Assembly (NCBI GenBank): GCA_036515015.1
Contig: DATBWD010000247.1
Span: 1 to 44,704 of the forward strand
From: Tepidiformaceae bacterium
GTDB taxonomy: Bacteria > Chloroflexota > Dehalococcoidia > Tepidiformales > Tepidiformaceae
DNA length: 44,704 nucleotides
Reading direction: 5' to 3'
Every line of letters begins with the position of its first letter. Position 1 is the stretch's first letter. The notes below the pieces were generated by a model that did no database searches, had not been told where the DNA came from, and worked only from the letters and a program-made list of their open reading frames with translations. Both the position numbers and the translations under genes were made by a program. Positions 1 to 6,920 of this stretch are shown here, one piece after another.

Positions 1-85
1 CGACCCCCGGCGGGCCGCGCCGCGGGCGGGACTGTAGGCTAGTACCTTAGGGGCCGCCCCCCGCCCGCGCGGGCCGGGGCCGCCG

Positions 86-113
86 CCCCCCCTACCGCCC
101 TACCCTACCCCCC
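86..113 (-). other. G-quadruplex / i-motif-prone tract
   Basis: The + strand reads CCCCCCC-TA-CC-G-CCC-TA-CCC-TA-CCCCCC. This gives four G-runs of 3 or more on the - strand, separated by short loops. Confidence 0.4.
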
Positions 114-146
114 GCCGGGGCCGCCCCGCCGCCCCGGCGGCCCGGC

Positions 147-165
147 GCGCCCCCCGCGGGGGCGC
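147..165. other. all-G:C hairpin
   Basis: GCGCCCCC (147-154) and GGGGGCGC (158-165) are perfect reverse complements around a 3-nt loop. Confidence 0.5.
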
Positions 166-176
166 CTACCCGGCCT

Positions 177-210
177 ATGGTTACGATAACTGATACTTAT
201 CGTAAGCCAT
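177..210. repeat. A/T-rich inverted repeat in an otherwise extremely GC-rich region
   Basis: ATGG-TTACGATAA-ctgatac-TTATCGTAA-gCCAT. The 9-bp arms are perfect (181-189 / 197-205), and the flanking ATGG/CCAT pair extends each arm to 13 bp apart from one extra unpaired G (206). Confidence 0.7.
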
Positions 211-211
211 A

Positions 212-249
212 CCCCTACCCCTACCCCCTCCCTACTACCCCGACCCCCC
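212..249 (-). other. G-quadruplex / i-motif-prone tract
   Basis: The + strand reads CCCC-TA-CCCC-TA-CCCCC-T-CCC-TACTA-CCCC-GA-CCCCCC: six C-runs with 1-5 nt loops. Confidence 0.45.
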
Positions 250-256
250 ACCACTA

Positions 257-290
257 GGGGGTACGCTAGTACCCCCCACGCGTGGGGTAC
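257..290. repeat. three-arm GTAC palindrome (alternative hairpins)
   Basis: GGGGGTAC-gcta-GTACCCCCC-acgcgt-GGGGTAC. The middle arm is complementary to both flanking arms. Confidence 0.6.
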
Positions 291-406
291 GCCCCCCGCC
301 CGCCCGCCCGGCCGCCCGGCGCCCCGCGGGCGCGGGGACCCCCCGCCCCGGCCGGGCGCCCGGACCACACGGGCCACCAGACGCAGGGAGATTTGGAACT
401 TGGGAC

Positions 407-435
407 TTGCAATAGGGGGGTAACCCTAGTATTGT
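407..435 (+). promoter_or_regulatory. sigma70/sigmaA-like promoter candidate for the early gene block
   Basis: TTGCAA (407-412), an exactly 17-nt spacer, then TATTGT (430-435). It sits in a local A/T-rich patch about 170 nt upstream of the first convincing gene (608). Confidence 0.45.
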
Positions 436-607
436 TGTTTACGCCTAGACCAGACCGCGACAGGCTGAGAGCCCAGCGCTCACCCGGAACGGGAAACCGT
501 GCTGCGATGCCAGCGGGCGGGCCAAACGGGGCGATAGACGACTGGTCGGGGCAACCCCTCCCTCCTGCCCGTCCGGCTGCCGGCCCGCAGGGGGCGCCGG
601 AGGCGAG

Positions 608-853
608 ATGAGCACCGTATCGAGCAGGAGAACCGAGATTGTCGTAGATGCGAACGACGGCACGTTCCAGGTGCATGTCGTCGGCCAAAATGTGGGGGCA
701 GGCCAGTCATTCGTGTCGGATGTCAGGGTCAGGATGGCTGACCCGAACGGGGGCGGCATGACCCTACCCCACGCGAACACTCTTGGCACGCTCGAGCAGT
801 TGCGAGACCTGATCGGCGAGGTGCTGGCGCTGGCGAAGCAGGAGGGTCTCTGA
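608..853 (+). CDS. hypothetical protein
   Basis: ORF-track ORF. The ATG is preceded by GGAGG (599-603). The stop overlaps the next start (TGATG, 851-855). Confidence 0.6.
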   Translation: MSTVSSRRTEIVVDANDGTFQVHVVGQNVGAGQSFVSDVRVRMADPNGGGMTLPHANTLGTLEQLRDLIGEVLALAKQEGL

Positions 854-1257
854 TGCAGTTCCGACCCGCGCTAGCGAGGGCGATCATAGAGGGACGCAAG
901 AGCGTGACGCGGCGGCCGGCCGATGTTTACGATCGCAGGCTCGGCCCAGCCGGCGACTATGAGCGCGTGTACCGGGCGGCGACGGACCGGCTGATCTACC
1001 AGAAGCACGGGTCATACGCCGTGCAGCCAGGCCGGGGGGCGAAGAGCGTGGCCCGCATCCAGATTGATCGGATCGACTTGGGCTACCTGCACGAGATGAA
1101 TCTGAGCGACGCCCGGCTCGAGGGGTTTGCGGATCTAGACGGGTTCCGCCGGGTGTGGCGGGAGATGTACAGCCAGTGGGACCCCGACACGCTGGTGTAT
1201 GTGCTGACCTTCCGGCTCCTGGCCCCCCCGCCCAGTGGCCCGCAGGGGGCGTCGTGA
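853..1257 (+). CDS. hypothetical protein (possible ASCH/PUA-like fold)
   Basis: ORF-track ORF. The N-terminus MQFRPALARAIIEGRKSVTRRP resembles the opening strand motif of ASCH-type domains. This is a weak, memory-based call. Confidence 0.6.
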   Translation: MQFRPALARAIIEGRKSVTRRPADVYDRRLGPAGDYERVYRAATDRLIYQKHGSYAVQPGRGAKSVARIQIDRIDLGYLHEMNLSDARLEGFADLDGFRRVWREMYSQWDPDTLVYVLTFRLLAPPPSGPQGAS

Positions 1258-1484
1258 AGCGGCCAGACGTCCTGAGAGCCAGCAAGGAGCAGTGGTTGGG
1301 CAAGGCGATCCGTTGGTGGGAGTTCATCTGCGCCGGCTGCGGCGAGAGCGGCCTGTGGCCCGGAACGCTCGCCCAGGCCACGCGGCAGGCCAGGGAGCAG
1401 GGCTGGCGGCGGCAGACCTCGCCAGCCGGTCGATTGTGGTCGTGCGGTGGCTGCATGGCCGAGCAGAACCGGAGGCAGGCCTGA
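1254..1484 (+). CDS. small CxxC...CxxC zinc-ribbon-like protein
   Basis: The GTG start sits in a GTGA overlap with the upstream stop and is in frame with track ORF 1155..1484. Cys pairs are CAGC and CGGC. Confidence 0.55.
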   Translation: MKRPDVLRASKEQWLGKAIRWWEFICAGCGESGLWPGTLAQATRQAREQGWRRQTSPAGRLWSCGGCMAEQNRRQA

Positions 1485-1507
1485 GCATCAGACAGGATCT
1501 CAGATAC

Positions 1508-1858
1508 GTGGTACGTCGCTGGACCCGACCGGAGTACCGCCCCTACCTGCTACGGGGCATCGTGACGTGGTGGGGCTTCGTGATCATCTGTTACGGTGTC
1601 TGGCTAGTAGCGACGCGTGCTCTCTTCCAGAGCAATCTATCGCCTGCGTGGCTACTGATCTTCTCCGCGCTCGCCTTCCTCTTCGGTCTCGTAGCAGCCG
1701 TCGTCTGGGGCATATTCTGGACGTGGGACACGATGCAGGATGGATGGGTGGACCCACTGACCCTCCTGGCCGACCGCCCGACCGAGCCGTTGCCCGAGCA
1801 TCTGAAGCCGTACTTTTATACGCCTGGGGGCACGCGCTCCGAGCCGCCTTATGACTGA
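1508..1858 (+). CDS. small membrane protein, start uncertain
   Basis: This is the C-terminal part of track ORF 1235..1858. It has two hydrophobic helices (WWGFVIICYGVWLVA; WLLIFSALAFLFGLVAAVVWGIFW). GTG 1508 is the first start after the upstream stop at 1484. Confidence 0.55.
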   Translation: MVRRWTRPEYRPYLLRGIVTWWGFVIICYGVWLVATRALFQSNLSPAWLLIFSALAFLFGLVAAVVWGIFWTWDTMQDGWVDPLTLLADRPTEPLPEHLKPYFYTPGGTRSEPPYD

Positions 1859-2075
1859 CCCTCCCGCTGGGCAGGCATCCGGCCCGTCCGTCCCACCCCC
1901 CGCTGGCCCGAAGGGCGGCGCCGGGTTGGTGATCCGGCCGAACGGCGCTAGACGCCTATGCGAATTCGAGGGCTGCACGAAGCCGAGGACGTGCTTGTGG
2001 TACTGCCTCGAGCACCACGAGATTGTGTGCATGCGCACACGCCGCGGGGTCTGGATTGGAGATGGGAATGGATGA
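1851..2075 (+). CDS. small Cys/His-rich protein
   Basis: The ATG overlaps the upstream gene by 8 nt. CEFEGCTKPRTCLWYCLEHH suggests metal binding. Confidence 0.55.
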   Translation: MTDPPAGQASGPSVPPPAGPKGGAGLVIRPNGARRLCEFEGCTKPRTCLWYCLEHHEIVCMRTRRGVWIGDGNG

Positions 2076-2670
2076 GAGCAGGATTCAGCGGATAGCAGCC
2101 GAGATCCACCACCGGCTTGAGCGGGCCATCTGGAACCCGGCGCGCGTGAGCCTGGACGACATCGCCGCCACCAGCGCCGATTCGCCGCGGTCGGAGGAGG
2201 TAATCACTCCGGCCGAGGCCGTCAGGGCCATGCAGGCCGTGCTCGAGGCCATCGACGCCATGAAGTATGCGTTGCTTGGGATGGTCGGTGCCGCTACAGC
2301 GCTCGAGTGCGACATGGACCTGCTGGCTAAGGAATTGCGCGAGACCCAGCGGAAAGCGGACGACGACATGCGGAGCACGGCCGGCCAATGGCTGGCCCGC
2401 CGCCTTGGCCCGTGGGCCGTACCCGCCCGCCGCTGGCTCCCCATGTGGGCTGCCCGCCGCATGGCACTGAGCGAGTGGCAGCGCATCCAGCCACCGACCC
2501 TAGGCCAGTGTCGGCACTGCGGTGCCTTCCAGCCGCTGGTGGGGATGGGCCACATGCAGATCCTGCAATCGCACCGCGACAGACGCTATCCCATTCTCAG
2601 CGGCATTGTATGCCCCAACGTCTACGAGTGGGACACCGTCGAGGGAGAGTTCAAAGATGCCGCCGACTGA
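2062..2670 (+). CDS. hypothetical protein
   Basis: In frame with track ORF 2023..2670. ATG 2062 or 2068 follows GGAG. The sequence has non-low-complexity, helical-looking composition. Confidence 0.6.
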   Translation: MGMDESRIQRIAAEIHHRLERAIWNPARVSLDDIAATSADSPRSEEVITPAEAVRAMQAVLEAIDAMKYALLGMVGAATALECDMDLLAKELRETQRKADDDMRSTAGQWLARRLGPWAVPARRWLPMWAARRMALSEWQRIQPPTLGQCRHCGAFQPLVGMGHMQILQSHRDRRYPILSGIVCPNVYEWDTVEGEFKDAAD

Positions 2671-3217
2671 GACACCGAAGACCCCCGAGATGCTGCGGGC
2701 GCTGGCGAATGAGGTAGAACGCAAGCATTCGCCTATCGCCAGTGACCAGTATCCGTGCATTGAGCCAGAAGATGTGCGTGCCCACGCCGACGCCTGGCAG
2801 GCCATCGAAGGCGCTCTGCTCGCGTTGACGCCGGGAGGCTCCGAGTTCGTGGGCAGCCCCCATCGATGCCTGGAGTTCATCAAGGACCGCATGGCTACGG
2901 TGATGAAGGTCGCCGTGGCCAATAAGACCCTCGGGGTCGAGTTGGAAGCGGTGAAGGCGCGGGAGGAGGCGGCACGGCCAACACCGTGTATCTGGCGACC
3001 GCAGCCGCACGGGGATGAGACGGAGTATTGGGAGACGACCTGCGACAACGCTTACTGCTTCGAGATCGATGGTCCAACCGAAAACGACTACTCCTTCTGC
3101 CCCGGATGCGGCCATCCGATCCTTGTCGCCCCGCTTGTCATGACCGGAATGGAAGAGGGCGATGTCCTATTCGACTTGGTGGCCGCCTCGGAGCCGCCGG
3201 GGGAGGAGGGGACGTGA
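2657..3217 (+). CDS. hypothetical protein with FCPGCGHP zinc-ribbon motif
   Basis: ATG 2657 follows GAGGGAGAG and is in frame with track ORF 2522..3217. The protein ends ...ASEPPGEEGT inside junction cassette copy 1. Confidence 0.65.
   Translation: MPPTETPKTPEMLRALANEVERKHSPIASDQYPCIEPEDVRAHADAWQAIEGALLALTPGGSEFVGSPHRCLEFIKDRMATVMKVAVANKTLGVELEAVKAREEAARPTPCIWRPQPHGDETEYWETTCDNAYCFEIDGPTENDYSFCPGCGHPILVAPLVMTGMEEGDVLFDLVAASEPPGEEGT
3182..3217 (+). repeat. junction cassette copy 1 (full, 36 nt)
   Basis: GCCGCCTCGGAGCCGCCGGGGGAGGAGGGGACGTGA, identical to copy 5. It contains the GGAGGAGG SD, then a GTG start overlapping a TGA stop. Confidence 0.9.
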
Positions 3218-3387
3218 GAGGCCAGTGCTATCTTCGGGGATGGAGCCTCCTTGGTCTACTCAACACACTGCTCGGATGTGTATTCGCCGTCGTGCTAATA
3301 CGCCACAGAGACTCGACGTCGCACAGGACCGTTCGGTGGTCGTGGGGAAAAGCCTCCGACTGGCCGCCGGGGGAGGAGGGGACGTGA
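3214..3387 (+). CDS. 57-aa membrane peptide
   Basis: The GTG start lies in cassette copy 1. The hydrophobic core is WSLLGLLNTLLGCVFAVVLI. The protein ends ...PPGEEGT in cassette copy 2. It is below the 60-aa track threshold when counted from this start. Confidence 0.5.
   Translation: MRGQCYLRGWSLLGLLNTLLGCVFAVVLIRHRDSTSHRTVRWSWGKASDWPPGEEGT
3363..3387 (+). repeat. junction cassette copy 2 (25 nt)
   Basis: GCCGCCGGGGGAGGAGGGGACGTGA. Confidence 0.85.
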
Positions 3388-3485
3388 AACACACTGACCT
3401 CTGGTGGGAGATTGCCCAAGCCGTAGTAGTTCTACTGGCCATGATTGCGCTTGCTGTCGCCGTGCCAATCTGGTTCCCGTCATGA
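3384..3485 (+). CDS. 33-aa membrane peptide
   Basis: The GTG start lies in cassette copy 2. The TM-like segment is IAQAVVVLLAMIALAVAVPIWF. Confidence 0.45.
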   Translation: MKHTDLWWEIAQAVVVLLAMIALAVAVPIWFPS

Positions 3486-3490
3486 TGGGC

Positions 3491-3508
3491 GGGGGAGGAG
3501 GGGACGTG
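3491..3508 (+). repeat. junction cassette copy 3 (core, 18 nt)
   Basis: GGGGGAGGAGGGGACGTG, with no overlapping stop in this copy. Confidence 0.8.
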
Positions 3509-3853
3509 CGCGAGCATCGTCACAAATGGCACTTCAACCCGAACATGGACAACGAGAGAAGCGGGCCAACCCGCGTCGGCTTCATCTGCGACGACTGCCA
3601 AGAGCAGATGACGCTCACGAAGGCCGAGGCCATTCTTGACGGACGGGAAGCGGCGAAGGCGCGGGAGGAGGCGGGCAATCTGATGGCCGAGTGCCTTCGG
3701 AGCATGGACGGGGTAGACACGCAAGGACCTATCTTGGCGGCCACTATTCACTTCCTCCTCCGCGACGACGTGCGTGCCGCGGTTGACAAATGGCAGGCCG
3801 CCTCGGAGCCGCCTGGCACAGCCCGACAAAGCCTGGGGGAGGAGGGGACGTGA
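3506..3853 (+). CDS. hypothetical protein (CDDC motif)
   Basis: The GTG start lies in cassette copy 3; the alternative starts ATG 3482/3485 lie upstream of the SD. In frame with track ORF 3404..3853. The protein ends ...ASEPPGTARQSLGEEGT. Confidence 0.6.
   Translation: MREHRHKWHFNPNMDNERSGPTRVGFICDDCQEQMTLTKAEAILDGREAAKAREEAGNLMAECLRSMDGVDTQGPILAATIHFLLRDDVRAAVDKWQAASEPPGTARQSLGEEGT
3797..3853 (+). repeat. junction cassette copy 4 (split by an 18-nt insertion)
   Basis: GCCGCCTCGGAGCCGCCTGG, then cacagcccgacaaagcct, then GGGGGAGGAGGGGACGTGA. Confidence 0.8.
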
Positions 3854-4083
3854 GCGAAAGCAGAGGGCAAATGCTCGCCGAGGCCAACGCCGAACTCCAT
3901 GTCGCGAAGGAAGGACTGGAACAATCGCGGACATGGAAGCGCGAGGCTGAAAGAGCCTACGATGATGCGATGGGAAGGTGGGTCAAGGCTCGCCTAAGAA
4001 GGGATGCCATCTTGACGGGGCTCCACCGTGCCCCATCGACACATCGTGCCGCCTCGGAGCCGCCGGGGGAGGAGGGGACGTGA
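3850..4083 (+). CDS. hypothetical coiled-coil-like protein
   Basis: The GTG start lies in cassette copy 4, in frame with track ORF 3790..4083. The protein ends ...AASEPPGEEGT. Confidence 0.6.
   Translation: MSESRGQMLAEANAELHVAKEGLEQSRTWKREAERAYDDAMGRWVKARLRRDAILTGLHRAPSTHRAASEPPGEEGT
4048..4083 (+). repeat. junction cassette copy 5 (full, 36 nt)
   Basis: Identical to copy 1. Confidence 0.9.
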
Positions 4084-4322
4084 GCGACTGGACCCCGTTC
4101 CTCTCTGCGCTGTATCGGGGAGAGCCGCTGGCTTGCACCGCAGAACAATGGCATGGCGGGTTGCGGACGGCCGTCCAGAAGCACGCCGCCAAGATGGTCG
4201 ATGGCGGTCAGGACATCTACGCGGTGATTGCTCTAGAGGAGGTACGACGAAACGACGCCGCGCATGGGAGCGGGATGTCTGGATTCTCGGAGCCGCCGGG
4301 GGAGGAGGCAGCCCATAACTGA
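4080..4322 (+). CDS. hypothetical protein
   Basis: The GTG start lies in cassette copy 5, in frame with track ORF 3978..4322. The protein ends ...FSEPPGEEAAHN. Confidence 0.6.
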   Translation: MSDWTPFLSALYRGEPLACTAEQWHGGLRTAVQKHAAKMVDGGQDIYAVIALEEVRRNDAAHGSGMSGFSEPPGEEAAHN

Positions 4323-4563
4323 TCCCGTCCCGCCTATTGGCCTTTGCTCCTCCTGCCAAGCCGAGATCCGCTGGATCAAGACGCCGCTGGGGAAGTCCAT
4401 GCCTCTCAACGCCAAGCCCGTGAAGCGTTGGATCGTCAGAGAGACGCCGGATGGTGCGGGCGACTATGAGTGGAGTGGCCAGATGGCCGACACCTACGAG
4501 AGCCACTATGGCACATGCCCCCAGGCGGCGCAGTGGCGGGGCAGAACGAGATCCGGCGGATGA
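4264..4563 (+). CDS. small Cys-containing protein, start uncertain
   Basis: Track ORF. The convincing part is CSSCQAEIRWIKTPLGKSMPLNAKPV...YESHYGTCPQAAQW. ATG 4264 has no SD and overlaps the upstream gene by 59 nt. There is no canonical start between cassette copy 6 and this domain. Confidence 0.5.
   Translation: MGAGCLDSRSRRGRRQPITDPVPPIGLCSSCQAEIRWIKTPLGKSMPLNAKPVKRWIVRETPDGAGDYEWSGQMADTYESHYGTCPQAAQWRGRTRSGG
4286..4308 (+). repeat. junction cassette copy 6 (degenerate 3' end)
   Basis: CTCGGAGCCGCCGGGGGAGGAGG is followed by cagcccataactga instead of GGACGTGA. Confidence 0.75.
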
Positions 4564-5348
4564 TTCCCCCGACCCCCGCCCAGGCCCGCCTGCTCCGGGC
4601 TGTTTCCCAGCACCCCGACCACTACCTGCGGGTGTGGTTTGGGAGCGTGGACTTCGTAGAAAGGGCGAAGATCGACGTCCCAGAAGGGCGCTGGTGGCCT
4701 GGTGGCGACAAGAGTGGAGCGAGCAAAGAGACGGCCATGGTCTGTGTCCGGCTCGGGTGGCTTCAGAGGACTCCGAGCGTTCTCGGCTCGTGGCGGATGG
4801 GCGGCGAGGCGTCGTTGTACCTGATCACGGATCTCGGCCAACAGGCCATCGACGGCCTTCCCGATGATGCCTACCGGAGCATCCCCCGCATTGTGCCGTC
4901 CGTCGACGGCCATGCCGCCGAAGTGCTACGGGCGCTGTTGGCTCGCCACGACCCAGCCAAGGGCTGGGTATTCCTGATCGAGGCCCCGATGGATATCGGC
5001 GGCGGCCACCACGCCGTCGACGCGTGGGCCATCAACTGCTTCGCCTCCCAGAACCACCGGAGGGTCGGCTATGAGGTCAAGGTGAGCCGATCGGACTTCG
5101 TCGGCGAGTTGAAGAAGCCCGACAAGACCGCCCGCAGCGCCCGATTCTGCACGTCGTTCTACTTCGCCTGCCCCGTTGGGGTACTGAAGCCGGCCGACGT
5201 CCCAGATCCCTATGGCCTCGTCCATGTGTTCGAGAAGGGCACCACTCGCGTCGTCAAGAAGTCGACCCTGCCGCCCTCTGATCCGACCTGGGGGCTGGTT
5301 GGCCGCCTGCTCCGGCGCCTAGCCCAGATGGAGGAAGAGAGTGCCTAA
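4560..5348 (+). CDS. PD-(D/E)XK-type nuclease family protein (MmcB-like)
   Basis: ATG sits in an ATGA overlap, in frame with track ORF 4470..5348. The C-terminal half DAWAI...GYEVKVSRSDFVGELKKPDK...FYFACP fits a D...E-x-K nuclease core as seen in MmcB-like proteins (memory-based). Confidence 0.6.
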   Translation: MIPPTPAQARLLRAVSQHPDHYLRVWFGSVDFVERAKIDVPEGRWWPGGDKSGASKETAMVCVRLGWLQRTPSVLGSWRMGGEASLYLITDLGQQAIDGLPDDAYRSIPRIVPSVDGHAAEVLRALLARHDPAKGWVFLIEAPMDIGGGHHAVDAWAINCFASQNHRRVGYEVKVSRSDFVGELKKPDKTARSARFCTSFYFACPVGVLKPADVPDPYGLVHVFEKGTTRVVKKSTLPPSDPTWGLVGRLLRRLAQMEEESA

Positions 5349-5562
5349 CACGCTTCGATTCATGGCGAACGGCACGACCATGGCCTTCGACGAGATGGGC
5401 CAGCAGATCGCCGAGATCCAGAAGTTCCCTTGGCTGGCTATCGCCCTGGCTAGGCTCGAGAGCCTAGGCTATGACCCCAAAGCCTTCGAGATCCTGATGC
5501 CGAGCCGCCTGAAGGTGCGTCCCGAGAAGGTAGACGGCCGCTGGACGTGGTCATTCGAGTGA
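5341..5562 (+). CDS. hypothetical protein
   Basis: The GTG start follows GGAGGAAGAGA and overlaps the upstream gene by 8 nt. Confidence 0.55.
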   Translation: MPNTLRFMANGTTMAFDEMGQQIAEIQKFPWLAIALARLESLGYDPKAFEILMPSRLKVRPEKVDGRWTWSFE

Positions 5563-5801
5563 AGCCATCCACCGAACTGCTGCGCCTGCTGGCTGGCGGC
5601 ATGAATATGACCGATGGGCCATGGGCCTTGAAGTGCGCCAGGGAGTGGGACTCGCTCATCCGGGCGGCCTCGCGGTATCTCCGCTACGTCGATCGCTACC
5701 GCCAGGTGGCGGCCTGGGGCGGGGAGATGCAGCGCGTAACCTTCCGCCGCATGATCAAGGCCGAAAGCATGTTACGATGCCGCCTGGAACGGTTGCGCTA
5801 G
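5559..5801 (+). CDS. hypothetical protein
   Basis: GTG sits in a GTGA overlap (alternative GTG 5547), same frame as track ORF 5547..5801. Confidence 0.5.
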   Translation: MKPSTELLRLLAGGMNMTDGPWALKCAREWDSLIRAASRYLRYVDRYRQVAAWGGEMQRVTFRRMIKAESMLRCRLERLR

Positions 5802-5803
5802 TA

Positions 5804-6157
5804 ATGGGCCGCACGATCTACACCGGCATCACCACCCGCTACCGGGGAACCCGCTTCCTCGGATTCAACGTGTACGTCTCGTGGCGGGGCAAGAGCCGGG
5901 CTACCAGCATCGGCTGCCTAGATGAGGACTGCGTCGACCGGGCGCTGGTGATCCGCGAGCGCTTCTGGCGAGAACTCGGCAAGCCGGCCACGGAGCGGAA
6001 TATCCGGGCCGGCTACGGCCGACCCTACGTGCGCGACGGCATCGTGGTGGTCTCGATCGGCGACCACTACCGGAAGTTCAGCATCCGCAAGCACGGCCGG
6101 CGCGAGGCTATGCGTCTGGCCAAGGAGGCGAAGGCAAGATGGCTCAGCGGGGAATGA
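5804..6157 (+). CDS. hypothetical protein (possible AP2-like DNA-binding repeats)
   Basis: ATG 5804 lies 3 nt after the upstream TAG, in frame with track ORF 5621..6157. YRGTRFLGFNVYVSWRGKSRATSIG and VSIGDHYRKFSIRKHGRREA resemble AP2-type strands. Weak call. Confidence 0.55.
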   Translation: MGRTIYTGITTRYRGTRFLGFNVYVSWRGKSRATSIGCLDEDCVDRALVIRERFWRELGKPATERNIRAGYGRPYVRDGIVVVSIGDHYRKFSIRKHGRREAMRLAKEAKARWLSGE

Positions 6158-6360
6158 GGCGTTTCGTGGTCCTACGGAACGAAGATCCCGGCGGCGTCTC
6201 AGGCACGGGGCAAGTAGCCGAGGGCGTCGAATTCAGCGATGGCACCTGCGTGCTGCGGTGGACCACCGTTCAGAAGTCGACCGCCTTCTACGACAGCGCC
6301 GAGGCCTGCGAGGCCATCCACGGCCACAGCGGAATGACGAGGTTCGAATGGATCGACTAG
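6139..6360 (+). CDS. conserved small phage protein of unknown function
   Basis: Track ORF, with AGGAGG about 10 nt upstream; an alternative start is ATG 6154 in an ATGA overlap. The motif GVSGTGxVAEGVxFSDGTCVLRW...AIHGH resembles small proteins I recall from actinobacteriophages (memory-based). Confidence 0.6.
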   Translation: MAQRGMRRFVVLRNEDPGGVSGTGQVAEGVEFSDGTCVLRWTTVQKSTAFYDSAEACEAIHGHSGMTRFEWID

Positions 6361-6920
6361 ACGCCCCCGAAGGGCATCCTGACCGGAACGTCCGGCTTCC
6401 CGTCGGCGGCGTCTTGCCGGCCGCGGGGGCTGGGGGAATGCCGGGAGCACCCCCAGCCCCCATCACGCTCGAGGAACTCGAGCAACTGCACCGGGCCGCC
6501 TCCCCGGCCCCCTGGCACGCCTGCCGGGACGGCGAGTGCAAGTGCAAGCAATTGTGGACGGCCGACCATCCCGTCGCCGTCATCGAGGCTGGCGAGTGGG
6601 GCGACGAGTACCCGGCTCTGCGGATGTTGGACGTCGAGGGCACCCTGCATGGCACACAGACGGTCGTGGAGGCCTACACCGAGCGTATCCCCTATGGCGA
6701 GATCAGCGAGGATCTGGCCAAGGCGAATATCCTGCTGATGGAGCGGCTCCGCAACGCGACCGAGGCGCTTCTGACGCTGGCCCGGACCGCCCAGAAGGTC
6801 GCCTACATCATCCGGCCGGGCCGGCATAGCCTATCGATGAGGATCGACGAGAACACCACCGACGAGGAGAAGGACCAGATCCTGCAGTTCCTCGCCGCAG
6901 CGGAGGCGGCCCCGAAATGA
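6348..6920 (+). CDS. hypothetical protein
   Basis: In frame with track ORF 6258..6920. The start is ATG 6348 or ATG 6438. Contains PWHACRDGECKCKQLW. Confidence 0.55.
   Translation: MDRLDAPEGHPDRNVRLPVGGVLPAAGAGGMPGAPPAPITLEELEQLHRAASPAPWHACRDGECKCKQLWTADHPVAVIEAGEWGDEYPALRMLDVEGTLHGTQTVVEAYTERIPYGEISEDLAKANILLMERLRNATEALLTLARTAQKVAYIIRPGRHSLSMRIDENTTDEEKDQILQFLAAAEAAPK

Noticed and set aside
1-400. Interpreting the structured left region as attP/attL of an integrated prophage.
   Set aside because: I found no integrase, excisionase or repressor gene in the window, no tRNA fragment and no matching direct repeat near the right end. I kept it as only one of several possibilities in the corresponding finding.
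105-789. Several overlapping 76-140-aa ORFs on both strands at the window start (for example 266..688 -, 282..611 +, 445..789 -).
   Set aside because: Their translations are Pro/Gly/Arg/Ala low-complexity strings, and they overlap each other in multiple frames. They lack SD/start context. The region is dominated by DNA-level repeats and palindromes, so they are the open frames expected by chance in very GC-rich DNA.
6335-6352. GGTTCGAATGG, resembling a tRNA T-loop (GGTTCGAATCC).
   Set aside because: The flanking bases cannot form a T-stem (CGAGG against GGATC). No acceptor or anticodon arms are evident, and the site lies inside a well-supported CDS.
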